From a virus (taxonomy: Duplodnaviria > Heunggongvirae > Uroviricota > Caudoviricetes): 40,635 nucleotides of DNA. Where the stretch lies: the IMG/VR virus record IMGVR_UViG_2541047850_000015; one strand, 5' to 3'. Each line of letters opens with the position of its first letter. The stretch's first letter is position 1. Under the pieces are notes generated by a model, which worked only from the letters and a program-made list of their open reading frames with translations, did no database searches and had not been told where the DNA came from. Below are positions 28,556 to 37,620 of the stretch, one piece after another. The position numbers and the translations under genes are program-made.

Positions 28556-28992
28556 GCTGCCCGATCTCCCCATCGCGTTTTCCATTCGAGAGCCAGTCGC
28601 GCTTCGTCTGACCACTTAACGCCACGCTCTGTACCGAATGCCTGTATAAGCTCTAATAGCTCCGCAAATTCGTTTACACGCATCCTGCTGGTTGACTGGC
28701 CTATTACCACAAAGCCATTCCCGGCAAGGTTAGGAACAACGTCCTGCTGCTTTAATGCTGCGGTAAACACACACTTCCAGCTTTCTGCATCCAGCCAGCG
28801 ACCATGCCATTCAACCTGACGAGAGACGTCACCAAGGCAAGCCCAAAGCTTTCGATTCTGGTCTAAGCTGCGGTTGCGTTCCTGAATGGTTACTACGATT
28901 GGTTTGGTTGGGTCTGGAAGAATTTGCTGTACCGCGTGAATAGCGTTTTGCTGATGTGCTGGAGATCGAATTTCAAAGATTAGTTTTTTCAT
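28552..28992 (-). CDS. ninB: NinB (Orf-family recombination mediator)
   Basis: MKKLIFEIRSPAHQQNAIHAVQQILPDPTKPIVVTIQERNRSLDQNRKLWACLGD... near-identical to lambda NinB; start moved to MKKL. Confidence 0.88.
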   Translation of the reverse strand: MKKLIFEIRSPAHQQNAIHAVQQILPDPTKPIVVTIQERNRSLDQNRKLWACLGDVSRQVEWHGRWLDAESWKCVFTAALKQQDVVPNLAGNGFVVIGQSTSRMRVNEFAELLELIQAFGTERGVKWSDEARLALEWKTRWGDRAA

Positions 28993-29068
28993 GACTTCCC
29001 TCTCCCCCAAATAAAAAGGCCTGCGATTACCAGCAGGCCTGTTATTAGCTCAGTGATGTAGATGGTCA

Positions 29069-30520
29069 TCAGAATCCTCCTTTCTTCTTGGACTGCGGTT
29101 CCTCGCGTTCACGGCGGCGCATTTCAGCAGACTGTTGGTCTGTGTCATAAATAGCGCCATTTGCCTGAATGCAATACACCGTGCCGGTATTGCCATGACG
29201 ATTGAGACGAAGGATTAGTTCGGTTTCACCAGGTGGAACACTGTCATCAAAAGCACCTTCACGATGGATCCCCACCCAATAATCGCAATCCTGTTCAATC
29301 TGCCCTGTATCTCGTGAGTCACTTGGTAATGGGCGTTTATTGGTTCGGCTTTCCAGTGCGCGGTTAAGCTGTGTCAGAAGCACAACAACGCAATCAAGCT
29401 CTTTGGCAAGGTTCTTCAGTCCTTTGGTGATCATGCCGTAAGCAAGGTCGTTGCGATCGGCCTTTTCAGCGGTCATTAGTGTCAGGTAATCGACCAGAAT
29501 CATGCCAACACATCCTTTTTCTCGCTTGATTCGACGGCTTTCGCTGACGATTTGAGCCAGAGATAATCCCGGCGTGTCGTCGATGTAAAGCATGTCGATT
29601 TCACTCAAGCGATTGGCTGTTTCGATCGCCCTGTTGAAGTCACCATCGTAATCACCCTGATAGCCGTCATCGGCGTCATTTGTCGCCGGAAGGTAAAAAA
29701 TATTCGGGTTAACACCAGACTTCTGCCCTACCAGTTTTTCCAGTATCTGATCACCTGGCATTTCAAGGCTGAACATCAATGCGGGCTTTTTCTCATGCAC
29801 TGCGCAATTGATTGCCATCTGGCTGTATAGCGTCGTTTTCCCCATCTTAGGGCGAGCGCCAATGACAAACAGAGAGCCTTTCACCAGACCTTTCGGTGAC
29901 AGCATCCTGTCCAGCGATGGGATCCCTGTGCTCATTCCTCGTTGTTCGCCTGACGGGTCAAATCGCTTCTCAAGGTCGCTAACCCAGTCTTCCATGACCT
30001 CACCAAATGAGCGAAGGCCGCGACGCGATCCGGTTTTTGCATGGTCTGTCAGTTGCGTGAAAATCGCCTGAATAGCTTCGTACTTCTGCGTTGCAGTCAT
30101 TCCGTTGCGGGAATAGAGCAATTCCGTCGCTTCAGTCATGCGGTTGATGGCGTAGCGTTCCATTGCGGTTTCACGAACCTGCATTGCATAGGCAACGATG
30201 TTTGCGGCGCTTGGCGTGTTCTTTGCGATCTCAGCGATATAAGCAAAACCGCCAACAGACGCCGTTAACGATTTACGCTCCAGTTCATCGAAAAGCGTCA
30301 GGCCATCTACTGGCTTTTGCTCCCGGTGCATTCTGGTTATTTCTTCGAAAAGGATTTTGTGTGGCCGGCTGTAAAATGAGTCAGGCTTCAGCATCGCCAG
30401 AACTTTCTGGACGCGCTCACTGCTGTCATCATCCAGAAGCAATCCACCAATCACCGCCTGCTCTGCCTCGATGCTATGGGGCGGCGCATAAAAATTATCG
30501 GTCATCGTGTTCACCCTCAC
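29069..30520 (-). CDS. Replicative DNA helicase (DnaB family, P22 gp12-like)
   Basis: Walker A GARPKMGKTT, DnaB-type N- and C-terminal regions; overlaps upstream initiator stop. Confidence 0.88.
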   Translation of the reverse strand: MRVNTMTDNFYAPPHSIEAEQAVIGGLLLDDDSSERVQKVLAMLKPDSFYSRPHKILFEEITRMHREQKPVDGLTLFDELERKSLTASVGGFAYIAEIAKNTPSAANIVAYAMQVRETAMERYAINRMTEATELLYSRNGMTATQKYEAIQAIFTQLTDHAKTGSRRGLRSFGEVMEDWVSDLEKRFDPSGEQRGMSTGIPSLDRMLSPKGLVKGSLFVIGARPKMGKTTLYSQMAINCAVHEKKPALMFSLEMPGDQILEKLVGQKSGVNPNIFYLPATNDADDGYQGDYDGDFNRAIETANRLSEIDMLYIDDTPGLSLAQIVSESRRIKREKGCVGMILVDYLTLMTAEKADRNDLAYGMITKGLKNLAKELDCVVVLLTQLNRALESRTNKRPLPSDSRDTGQIEQDCDYWVGIHREGAFDDSVPPGETELILRLNRHGNTGTVYCIQANGAIYDTDQQSAEMRRREREEPQSKKKGGF

Positions 30521-31385
30521 GAACTTTCAGGTAGGTATTATCGTTAAGCAGGAAATCAAATCCCTTTTTGTGCCAGACGGTTCCGCGTTGATGGTTTGTG
30601 CGCTCTTCGAACATCCATCGGCAATTTTCGCCAACGTAGCTCAAATAATTTCTCCAGTCCTGCATCGTGAACCCATGCCCGTCAAGCTGGCGGGTTATCA
30701 CTCCGGCTTTGCGCCAGAACGTTCGGATCTGGTTTTTACGCTTGTCATTCAGTGCGCGGATTCTTGGCGCTTCAGGAAGGATTTCGTGGTAAGCATCGAC
30801 AACATCCTGACAGCTAACGGAAGGTTTTTTCTTGTCAGACTTTTTGTCTGCTGTGGCACTCTCTAATACGTCAGTATTAGAGATATTATTTATATTATTG
30901 TTTATGGACAACCGTTGGACAACCGTTGGACAATCTCCGCTGAGAGCCGCGCCATTACTGGTGTTTGCGTTGGACAACCGTTGGACAACCGTTGGACAAT
31001 TTTTTGCCTGAAAATCGTCATATTTAACGATTGTAAACAGGCTAAATTTCTTCCCCATCGAGCAAATATTAAGCATACCTTTCGACTCAAAAGTCCGTAA
31101 TAAGCTCCGAACTTTGTTGTCGGGGATGAATGTTTCTCTGACCAGCGACGGGCGTCCAGTTATCATCTGACCGCGATCAACAGTTATCGGACCGATATCC
31201 GTATTGACGACAGTAGATTCGTGATTAGCCTTGAGGATTAAGTGAAGCCAAAGATGTACTGCCTGAGAGTCCTTATAGAGCCTGCTGTCCATAAACTGGC
31301 GGTGTATAGAGACATACCCCATACTGGATGCCTCCTGATGTTGTACAGGGTTATGCCTGTAATCAGCTAACTTAACGACGCCCAT
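30495..31385 (-). CDS. Replication initiator (O-like / replisome organiser) containing the origin iterons; probable true start at internal ATG about 31321 with AGGAGG RBS
   Basis: Position between cII and helicase; internal DNA repeats produce repeated peptide CPTVVQRLSN; start ambiguity noted. Confidence 0.75.
   Translation of the reverse strand: MGVVKLADYRHNPVQHQEASSMGYVSIHRQFMDSRLYKDSQAVHLWLHLILKANHESTVVNTDIGPITVDRGQMITGRPSLVRETFIPDNKVRSLLRTFESKGMLNICSMGKKFSLFTIVKYDDFQAKNCPTVVQRLSNANTSNGAALSGDCPTVVQRLSINNNINNISNTDVLESATADKKSDKKKPSVSCQDVVDAYHEILPEAPRIRALNDKRKNQIRTFWRKAGVITRQLDGHGFTMQDWRNYLSYVGENCRWMFEERTNHQRGTVWHKKGFDFLLNDNTYLKVREGEHDDR
30870..31000. repeat. Origin-like iteron cluster: about six direct copies of an 11-bp unit (TGGACAACCGT) in two blocks plus adjacent AT-rich tract, inside the initiator gene
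   Basis: Seen directly at about 30905-30932 and 30971-31000; AT-rich segment about 30871-30900. Confidence 0.75.
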
Positions 31386-31533
31386 GTTTCACTCCTGCTT
31401 TGGCTAGTCTGTAAACACCAACAAGGCGCTCTGCGAACGCCCTGTTATTTGCTGCGGCTACCACTAATCCCTCAGGTGAATCAGGGTGTCGAATCTCTTC
31501 TTTTTCCTGGTATTTCTTACGACGTTTTGTCAT
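31372..31533 (-). CDS. Small basic 53-aa ORF between cII and initiator (hypothetical)
   Basis: Hand-translated MTKRRKKYQEKEEIRHPDSPEGLVVAAANNRAFAERLVGVYRLAKAGVKHGRR; AGGAG RBS 5 nt upstream. Confidence 0.3.
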   Translation of the reverse strand: MTKRRKKYQEKEEIRHPDSPEGLVVAAANNRAFAERLVGVYRLAKAGVKHGRR

Positions 31534-31565
31534 AATGACTCCTGTGGATTGATCCAGTAATTACC

Positions 31566-31865
31566 TCAGAATTCCATCTGGATTTGTTCAGAACGCTCGG
31601 TCTTGCACACCGGGCGTTTTTTATTGGTGAGTCCATCAAGCGCATACTTAAAAGCCCTGCTAATCGGACTGATGTCTGATGCCATTCCGAAAGCACACAA
31701 GACCGAAGCAATAAATCTCCAGTCCGTTCTGCTTATCTTCGATTCATGACATCCAATCATCTTTGCCAGACCGCGCTGGGTAAGCGTTGACAGGTTGATG
31801 AGTAAATCTGTTTCTGCGCGATCAACGTCGCGCTGTGATAGTTTGCTGTAACTTGTTTGTTCCAT
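31566..31865 (-). CDS. cII: CII transcriptional activator
   Basis: C-terminus ...LTNKKRPVCKTERSEQIQMEF matches lambda CII tail; HTH segment present. Confidence 0.85.
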   Translation of the reverse strand: MEQTSYSKLSQRDVDRAETDLLINLSTLTQRGLAKMIGCHESKISRTDWRFIASVLCAFGMASDISPISRAFKYALDGLTNKKRPVCKTERSEQIQMEF

Positions 31866-31929
31866 TTCTTACTATTTCCATAGGTAAATAATCACTAATA
31901 CTCATCTTTCGATGAGTGATTAATTAGTT

Positions 31930-31963
31930 ACCGCGTTGTCGGCGGTGCAGATTGATAAAGAGC
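31930..31963 (-). promoter_or_regulatory. nutR (boxA CGCTCTTTATC and boxB hairpin ACCGCCGACAACGCGGT on minus strand)
   Basis: boxA-like element followed by boxB stem-loop between cro and cII, as in P22 nutR. Confidence 0.7.
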
Positions 31964-31974
31964 GGATCCGCTTA

Positions 31975-32190
31975 TTAAGCGGCTTTGTGTTCCGGTGGGA
32001 ACACGTCATCAAGACTGACTTTTGCGCCTAACTTGTTTAGGCACGCAACAAGAGCACGGCATGTTTTAAGGTCTGGGAAGCGACGACCAGATTCCCAATG
32101 TCCGATAGCTCCCTGTGTGCATCCAACCGCCTTAGCAAGTGTTGTTTGAGAGATATTCAGTGACTCTCGATATTTTCGTAGGTTGCTCAT
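31975..32190 (-). CDS. cro: Cro-like repressor (HTH, 71 aa)
   Basis: MSNLRKYRESLNISQTTLAKAVGCTQGAIGHWESGRRFP...; GGAGGG RBS; recognition helix TQGAIGHW mirrors that of the divergent cI (TQGGIGHW). Confidence 0.8.
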   Translation of the reverse strand: MSNLRKYRESLNISQTTLAKAVGCTQGAIGHWESGRRFPDLKTCRALVACLNKLGAKVSLDDVFPPEHKAA

Positions 32191-32307
32191 ATGCCCTCCA
32201 TAGTAACCATGAAACAATAATACGATATGTACTTTTGGAATGCAAACAAAAAATACATCTTGTGCATGGATGGTTTTAGTACAGAGCGTAATAATAAGGA
32301 TATGAAA
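32191..32307. promoter_or_regulatory. OR region with divergent pR/pRM promoters and operators (individual operator sites not resolved)
   Basis: 117-bp AT-rich gap between divergent cro and cI starts. Confidence 0.6.
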
Positions 32308-32961
32308 ATGAAATGGTATGAACTGGCTAGATCCAGAATGAAAGAACTCGGCATAACTCAAGAGAAGTTAGCTGAAGAGCTTGGTATGACGCAGGGTGGA
32401 ATTGGTCACTGGTTGCGCGGATCTCGTCATCCATCTCTTGACGAGATTGGTGTGGTGTTTAAATACCTTGGTATTGATAACGTCTCATTCAACCACGACG
32501 GTACATTTTCACCTGTTGGCGAATACTCATCTGCCCCGTTAAAAAAACAATATGAGTACCCTGTTTTTTCTCATGTTCAGGCCGGGATGTTCTCGCCTGA
32601 GCTTAGAACCTTTACCAAAGGCGATGCGGAGAGATGGGTCAGCACAACCAAAAAAGCCAGTGATTGTGCGTTTTGGCTTGAAGTTGAAGGTAATTCCATG
32701 ACCGCACCAACAGGATCCAAGCCAAGCTTTCCTGACGGGATGTTAATTCTCGTTGACCCTGAGCAGACTGTTGAGCCAGGTGATTTCTGCATAGCCAGAC
32801 TTGGTGGTGACGAGTTTACCTTCAAGAAACTGATCAGGGATAGCGGTCAGGTGTTCCTACAACCACTAAACCCGCAATATCCAATGATCCCATGCAATGA
32901 TAGCTGTTCCGTAGTAGGGAAAGTTATCGCCAGCCAGTGGCCTGAAGAGACATTTAGTTAA
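32308..32961 (+). CDS. cI: Prophage repressor cI (P22 C2-like, HTH plus S24 autopeptidase domain)
   Basis: C-terminal domain [13 protein letters not shown]...[28 protein letters not shown] resembles P22 C2; start chosen at second ATG (MKWYEL) with AAGGA spacing; track start 32227 is probably too long. Confidence 0.88.
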   Translation: MKWYELARSRMKELGITQEKLAEELGMTQGGIGHWLRGSRHPSLDEIGVVFKYLGIDNVSFNHDGTFSPVGEYSSAPLKKQYEYPVFSHVQAGMFSPELRTFTKGDAERWVSTTKKASDCAFWLEVEGNSMTAPTGSKPSFPDGMLILVDPEQTVEPGDFCIARLGGDEFTFKKLIRDSGQVFLQPLNPQYPMIPCNDSCSVVGKVIASQWPEETFS

Positions 32962-32992
32962 CAGCCTCACCACTCTAAAACACACAACAATA

Positions 32993-33022
32993 ACCCGACC
33001 TTAGCGTCGGGTTTTCTTTTTC
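32993..33022 (+). terminator. Rho-independent terminator after cI (CCCGACC-TTAGC-GTCGGG then T-run)
   Basis: Hairpin plus TTTTCTTTTT directly after cI stop. Confidence 0.75.
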
Positions 33023-33086
33023 CAAAATATAAATCAATAAAATACAAAGTGTTATAAAAAACTAACCGCATTTAGAACATTTTGTA

Positions 33087-33115
33087 TTGACTCAATAAAG
33101 TACACATCGTACTAT
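33087..33115 (+). promoter_or_regulatory. pL-like promoter (TTGACT-17 bp-TACTAT)
   Basis: Near-consensus sigma70 hexamers with 17-bp spacer upstream of nutL and N. Confidence 0.7.
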
Positions 33116-33161
33116 TTAGCCATCAGCAGGAAGCTGGAAGCCAAACGGAACAGATTGGCAG

Positions 33162-33195
33162 GCTCTTTAACTTCGATGGGGCGCTGACAAAGCGC
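33162..33195 (+). promoter_or_regulatory. nutL (boxA GCTCTTTAAC, boxB GCGCTGACAAAGCGC)
   Basis: boxB hairpin matches the P22 nutL boxB as I remember it. Confidence 0.8.
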
Positions 33196-33374
33196 AAACA
33201 GATACCAAACGAGATGGGTTTGGCGGTGTGGTGAAGGGTTCATGGACGGGAATATGTCGCACGTAAAGCGGCGAGGCCTGCGGGACTATTGCCGAATTGA
33301 AGTAGGCCGAAACAGGTCGAAATGGGTCTCCCACCTACCACACCACCAAAGCCATTTCACATGAGGAAAACATC

Positions 33375-33683
33375 ATGACGGTAATCGTATGCGGGAAATC
33401 AACATTTGCAGGAAATGCCAAAACTCGCCGTCATGAGCGGCGCAGAAAGCTGGCTATTGAGCGTGATGCTATCTGTAACATCATTGATTCTATCTTCGGC
33501 ACAGACAGTGAGGAACCTGTTCAGAAAGGCACGAGAAAGCGTTTAAGCCTTTCTGAAAAAGCAATATCACTCGGCAACATTCGTAACCAAAATACCGACG
33601 AATGCAGTGGAAGTATTTGCCTGCCAAACGTAGCTCTTTACGCAGCAGGCTACCGGAAATCAAAACAACTGACAGCGAGGTGA
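33375..33683 (+). CDS. N: Antiterminator N (P22 gp24-type)
   Basis: Arginine-rich motif GNAKTRRHERRRKLAIERD near N-terminus, as in P22 N peptide. Confidence 0.9.
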   Translation: MTVIVCGKSTFAGNAKTRRHERRRKLAIERDAICNIIDSIFGTDSEEPVQKGTRKRLSLSEKAISLGNIRNQNTDECSGSICLPNVALYAAGYRKSKQLTAR

Positions 33684-33704
33684 CGATCCCCCGCCGTCGA
33701 GGAA

Positions 33705-34244
33705 CTAAATTAGCTCATCAGCTTTACCAGCAAAGCGCATATAACACTCATGGAACCAGACGTCAGGTATAACAAATTTCTCTTTACCTGACGCGCTGTA
33801 AGTCACACCTGAGCGATGGAGAAGGCCTTTTCTCATAAGAGATAAAGCGACCGGATCGCCGTGCTTAAGTACGATTTTGTTATTTGCCATAACAGCAAAT
33901 GCTAAAACCTCTTTTTCCTGAATACCCAGAGAATTGAACAGGCGCTCAGTCTCCACAATTACTTTGGCCTCATCTCTCTTACTGAGATATTTTTTATATC
34001 TGTCTGAAGATGCCAGAAATATAAACTCCATCACCCTGTTCAGAACATAACTGATACACAAAAGCATTGCGTAATACATCCAGTGATCTGGAAGTATTTC
34101 GGGGTTCCTTATATCTACCCACTCTTTAATTGATGCTGGGGTGATTATTATCAAGGCAATTAAAATAATAAGCATATGAATTAACTGTTGTAGCGTAAGA
34201 CCACGCAGGAAGAAACGTAACAGTTCCTGCCACCAGTTACTCAT
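33705..34244 (-). CDS. sieB: Superinfection exclusion protein SieB (start moved to MSNWWQELLRFF...)
   Basis: N-terminal MSNWWQ..LLRFFLRGLT and TM segments typical of SieB; track ORF has long upstream extension. Confidence 0.7.
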   Translation of the reverse strand: MSNWWQELLRFFLRGLTLQQLIHMLIILIALIIITPASIKEWVDIRNPEILPDHWMYYAMLLCISYVLNRVMEFIFLASSDRYKKYLSKRDEAKVIVETERLFNSLGIQEKEVLAFAVMANNKIVLKHGDPVALSLMRKGLLHRSGVTYSASGKEKFVIPDVWFHECYMRFAGKADELI

Positions 34245-34522
34245 CGGTGAATCTCCATCATTCTCTCTGTAGGGGGGTGAATAGAGTTTATCCGATTTCT
34301 CGCTGTAGGGGTACACGAGAACCACCGAGCCTGATGTGGTTAAAAGACAGGCACAATCTTTACTACAGCAAGCCACGCAGTGAAATGGGTGTGACTTGTG
34401 TTGGTCGCCAGAAAATGAAATTAGGCAGCAAACCACTTATTTGAGGTGAGATATGGAAGAAGAATTTGAAGAGTTCGAAGAGCATCCGCAGGATGTGATG
34501 GAACAATACCAGGACTATCCGT

Positions 34523-34723
34523 ATGACTACGACTATTGATAAAAATCAATGGTGTGGACAATTCAAACGATGCAATGGATGCAAGCTGCAATCGGAATGC
34601 ATGGTTAAGCCTGAAGAAATGTTTCCTGTAATGGAAGATGGGAAATATGTCGATAAATGGGCAATACGAACGACGGCAATGATTGCCAGAGAACTTGGTA
34701 AACAGAACAACAAGGCTGCCTGA
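34523..34723 (+). CDS. ral: Restriction alleviation protein Ral
   Basis: 66 aa MTTTIDKNQWCGQFKRCNGCKLQSECMV... matches lambda Ral as I remember it. Confidence 0.75.
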   Translation: MTTTIDKNQWCGQFKRCNGCKLQSECMVKPEEMFPVMEDGKYVDKWAIRTTAMIARELGKQNNKAA

Positions 34724-34859
34724 TGGTGGCCTTCATTTTTGGCATAAACAACAGAATAAATACTGCACTGTGTATTCATTCCAACGAGTGAATACACGGA
34801 GCAATGTCGCTCGTAACTAAACAGGAGCCGACTTGTTCTGATTATTGGAAATCTTCTTT

Positions 34860-34887
34860 GCCCTCCAATGTGAGGGCAATTTTTTAT
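34860..34887 (+). terminator. Rho-independent terminator between ral and ea10-like gene (GCCCTC-CAATGT-GAGGGC then T-run)
   Basis: Hairpin followed by AATTTTTTA. Confidence 0.6.
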
Positions 34888-34905
34888 CTATGAGGATATG
34901 AACAG

Positions 34906-35274
34906 ATGTCAAACATCAAAAAATACATCATTGATTACGACTGGAAAGCATCAATAGAAATTGAAATCGACCATGACGTAATGACAGAGGAAAAACTTCA
35001 CCAGATTAATAATTTCTGGTCAGACTCTGAATACAGACTCAAAAAACACGGCTCTGTATTAAATGCTGTATTAATCATGCTAGCGCAACATGCTCTGCTT
35101 ATAGCAATTTCAAGCGACTTAAATGCATATGGTGTTGTGTGTGAGTTCGACTGGAATGATGGAAATGGTCAGGAAGGATGGCCTCCAATGGATGGTAGCG
35201 AAGGAATAAGAATTACCGATATCGACACATCTGGAATATTTGATTCAGATGATATGACTATCAAAGCCGCCTGA
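34906..35274 (+). CDS. Early-left hypothetical protein (lambda Ea10-like by size and position)
   Basis: 122 aa, acidic; same size and neighbourhood as lambda ea10. Confidence 0.5.
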   Translation: MSNIKKYIIDYDWKASIEIEIDHDVMTEEKLHQINNFWSDSEYRLKKHGSVLNAVLIMLAQHALLIAISSDLNAYGVVCEFDWNDGNGQEGWPPMDGSEGIRITDIDTSGIFDSDDMTIKAA

Positions 35275-35349
35275 GCGCGGCTTTACCGCATACCAATAAC
35301 GCTTCACTCGAGGCGTTTTCGTTATGCAATCAAACAGAAGGAGCATCCT

Positions 35350-35520
35350 ATGCAACAGTTCGCTATTGCAGGGGCGGCATCGGTTCGCCCTTTCAACCCG
35401 ATTTTATCGGTACAGCATTCACGAAAAAACATTCTAACCGGAGCAGACTTTAAACAACCAAGAATGAAAAGTTTGCTCGAAAAGCTTTGGGATATTTTGA
35501 AACAACAAGGCCGCCCATGA
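35350..35520 (+). CDS. cIII: CIII-like small protein
   Basis: Hand-translated MQQFAIAGAASVRPFNP...KSLLEKLWDILKQQGRP; N-terminus resembles lambda CIII (MQYAIAG...); AGGAG RBS. Below ORF-track cut-off. Confidence 0.5.
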   Translation: MQQFAIAGAASVRPFNPILSVQHSRKNILTGADFKQPRMKSLLEKLWDILKQQGRP

Positions 35521-35601
35521 GTTTTACAGATAACTGGTCAGACGAAGAATTCATTCGTCAGATGAACAAAATGCTCAATCAGCACAAAGAACAGGAGAAA
35601 G

Positions 35602-35913
35602 ATGATGATTCTGACTCTGAATGATAAGCGTGAAATATCGCAAATCATCGCAAGTTTTACTGATGAAGATTACGAACGAATCAACAGTGAAGTTGATCGC
35701 CTCTGCAAACGCTGCGACCCAATAAGCGAAATGCTTCGCTCATATAAGCCAGATGAACACACTAAGGACGCTATCGACTGGCTGGAAGATGATGACTGTG
35801 ACTATCAGGAAAAAGCCGCTGAATGGTTCTGGGATGCAATAACCGAAAGAGTTAAGGCTGAATATGCCTTCGCAATATTCAAACGCAGACACATTTATGG
35901 AGAAGCAGCATGA
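35602..35913 (+). CDS. Hypothetical 103-aa acidic protein upstream of recT
   Basis: ORF in track with strong RBS (ACAGGAGAAAG ATG); stop overlaps recT start. Confidence 0.5.
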   Translation: MMILTLNDKREISQIIASFTDEDYERINSEVDRLCKRCDPISEMLRSYKPDEHTKDAIDWLEDDDCDYQEKAAEWFWDAITERVKAEYAFAIFKRRHIYGEAA

Positions 35914-36812
35914 GCAATATCGTTGAATTCGTTAAACAGCAGGAGCAGTTATTCTGCGGAGCATTGACTGAACAGACGGTGACATGGGCTAAGGAAAGCC
36001 AGTTTGCAATTCAGTATTTCCAGAAAAATGATTACCTGGCTAAAACGGCACTGGCAAATCCAACCAGCGCACAGAACGCCATCATCAATGTTGCGGCGAT
36101 CGGCATCACATTAAACCCGGCCAGCAAACTTGCTTATCTAGTTCCGCGCGACGGCATGGTTTGCCTTGATATCAGCTATATGGGATTACTTCACCTTGCA
36201 CAGTCGACAGGATCAATTAAGTGGGGGCAATGTAAACTGGTGTACTCAAACGACACCTATGAATCAAACGGCCTTGATTCAGCGCCAACCCACAAATACA
36301 ACGCATTTGGTGAGCGAGGCTCTATTGTTGGTGGTTATTGCACGGTTAAAACAGCAGATGGTGACTACCTGACTGAAGAAATGAGTCTGGCAGAAATTAA
36401 AGCTGTGGAAGCAACGAGCAAGGCAAAGAATGGACCGTGGAAGACATTCTGGGAAGAGATGGCGCGTAAAACAATAGTTAAACGCGCCAGCAAATACTGG
36501 CCTAAAGCCCAGCGACTGGATAATGCCATTCACCTGCTTAACGAAGATGAGGGTATGCATCAGGAACCGGTTATGCCGCACAAATCAGAGGAAGATATCC
36601 GCGAAGATGAACGGAAACGCCAGCAGGAAATAATGGAAAAAGCACAACTTCTTTGTGATGAAATGGCTCAGGCTGAAAACATGGATGATTTGAAGAGATA
36701 TTTTGCAGAAGCATATCGCCTGACATCTGGAATGAAATTGCAGCAGAACGTACAAGCCATTTACGCAGAATGCAAAGCGAAACTGGAGGTTGCCAGTGAG
36801 CAAACTGTATGA
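35910..36812 (+). CDS. recT: RecT-family single-strand annealing recombinase
   Basis: Motif NGPWKTFWEEMARKTIVKRASKYWP matches the conserved RecT region (GPW..HWEEMAKKT). Confidence 0.8.
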   Translation: MSNIVEFVKQQEQLFCGALTEQTVTWAKESQFAIQYFQKNDYLAKTALANPTSAQNAIINVAAIGITLNPASKLAYLVPRDGMVCLDISYMGLLHLAQSTGSIKWGQCKLVYSNDTYESNGLDSAPTHKYNAFGERGSIVGGYCTVKTADGDYLTEEMSLAEIKAVEATSKAKNGPWKTFWEEMARKTIVKRASKYWPKAQRLDNAIHLLNEDEGMHQEPVMPHKSEEDIREDERKRQQEIMEKAQLLCDEMAQAENMDDLKRYFAEAYRLTSGMKLQQNVQAIYAECKAKLEVASEQTV

Positions 36813-37278
36813 AATTGCCAATGAATACGCAAAGCTGATAGATTCAGATTTAGAGCCAGAGATGATTGCTGACACAATAGAAGGCATGGAAGGAGAATTT
36901 ACCGATAAAATAGAGCAACTTCTTGCCATTATTAAAAATGAATCTGGTTATGCTGAACGCCTCAAGGAAGAGGCACAGTCACTAAATGAGCGAGCCGCAG
37001 TAATTCAAAATAAGATTGACAGCATTATGGCGTATATAGCGTCATCGCTTGAAATGGTTGGCAAGAAAAAGATTCGAGCAGGTATTCACCAGGTAACAAT
37101 CCGCAAACCGTCAGAAACTGTAGAAATCATCGACTCAAGCGCCCTTCCTCCTGAATACGTTGAGTTTGAAACGACAATTAAAGCCGACAAACTGGCAATC
37201 AAACACCAACTAAAAGCAGGAATAAATATCCCCGGCGCTCAACTCAAAGTTGGGAAACCTTCACTTCTTATCAAATAA
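36796..37278 (+). CDS. Coiled-coil protein, possibly Sipho_Gp157-like (RecT-associated)
   Basis: 160 aa, GTG start with GGAGG RBS; family assignment from memory only, low certainty. Confidence 0.4.
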   Translation: MSKLYEIANEYAKLIDSDLEPEMIADTIEGMEGEFTDKIEQLLAIIKNESGYAERLKEEAQSLNERAAVIQNKIDSIMAYIASSLEMVGKKKIRAGIHQVTIRKPSETVEIIDSSALPPEYVEFETTIKADKLAIKHQLKAGINIPGAQLKVGKPSLLIK

Positions 37279-37289
37279 CGGTATCGCCT

Positions 37290-37604
37290 ATGAAAAAGAC
37301 TCCATGGGAGAAATGGGAAGTCGATTTCTTGCGCGAAGTAGCGGCGACAATGCCAGTTGGAGTTATCGCTGAAAAACTGGAAAGGACTGAAAAAGCAGTA
37401 ATGGCGAAAGCAACAAGGATTGGCGCTGACATTGTTAGCCGACTTCGTGGAAGACGATGGACAAGAGCCGAAGTATCACTTTTCGGTAAGTTCTCCGCAG
37501 AAGAAATAGCAATTGCAACCTGCCGCTCAATTTATTCGGTAAGGGCTATGCGATACAAGCTAAAAAAACTCGATGAAAAAAGAGCAGGCATACAAATAAA
37601 TTAA
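37290..37604 (+). CDS. Hypothetical protein
   Basis: 104 aa ORF, same strand, tight spacing in early-left operon. Confidence 0.5.
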   Translation: MKKTPWEKWEVDFLREVAATMPVGVIAEKLERTEKAVMAKATRIGADIVSRLRGRRWTRAEVSLFGKFSAEEIAIATCRSIYSVRAMRYKLKKLDEKRAGIQIN

Positions 37605-37620
37605 CATGGAGTAATTAACA

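Noticed and set aside
30895-31000. Direct repeats that could be mistaken for a CRISPR array
   Set aside because: Units are only 11 bp, contiguous without unique spacers, and lie inside the replication initiator gene next to an AT-rich tract; they are origin iterons. No CRISPR repeat-spacer architecture was found anywhere in the window.
35517-35624. 35-aa ORF overlapping the cIII stop and the start of the 103-aa gene
   Set aside because: Very short, overlaps the strongly supported start of 35602-35913 in another frame, and has no recognisable similarity; kept only as a note.
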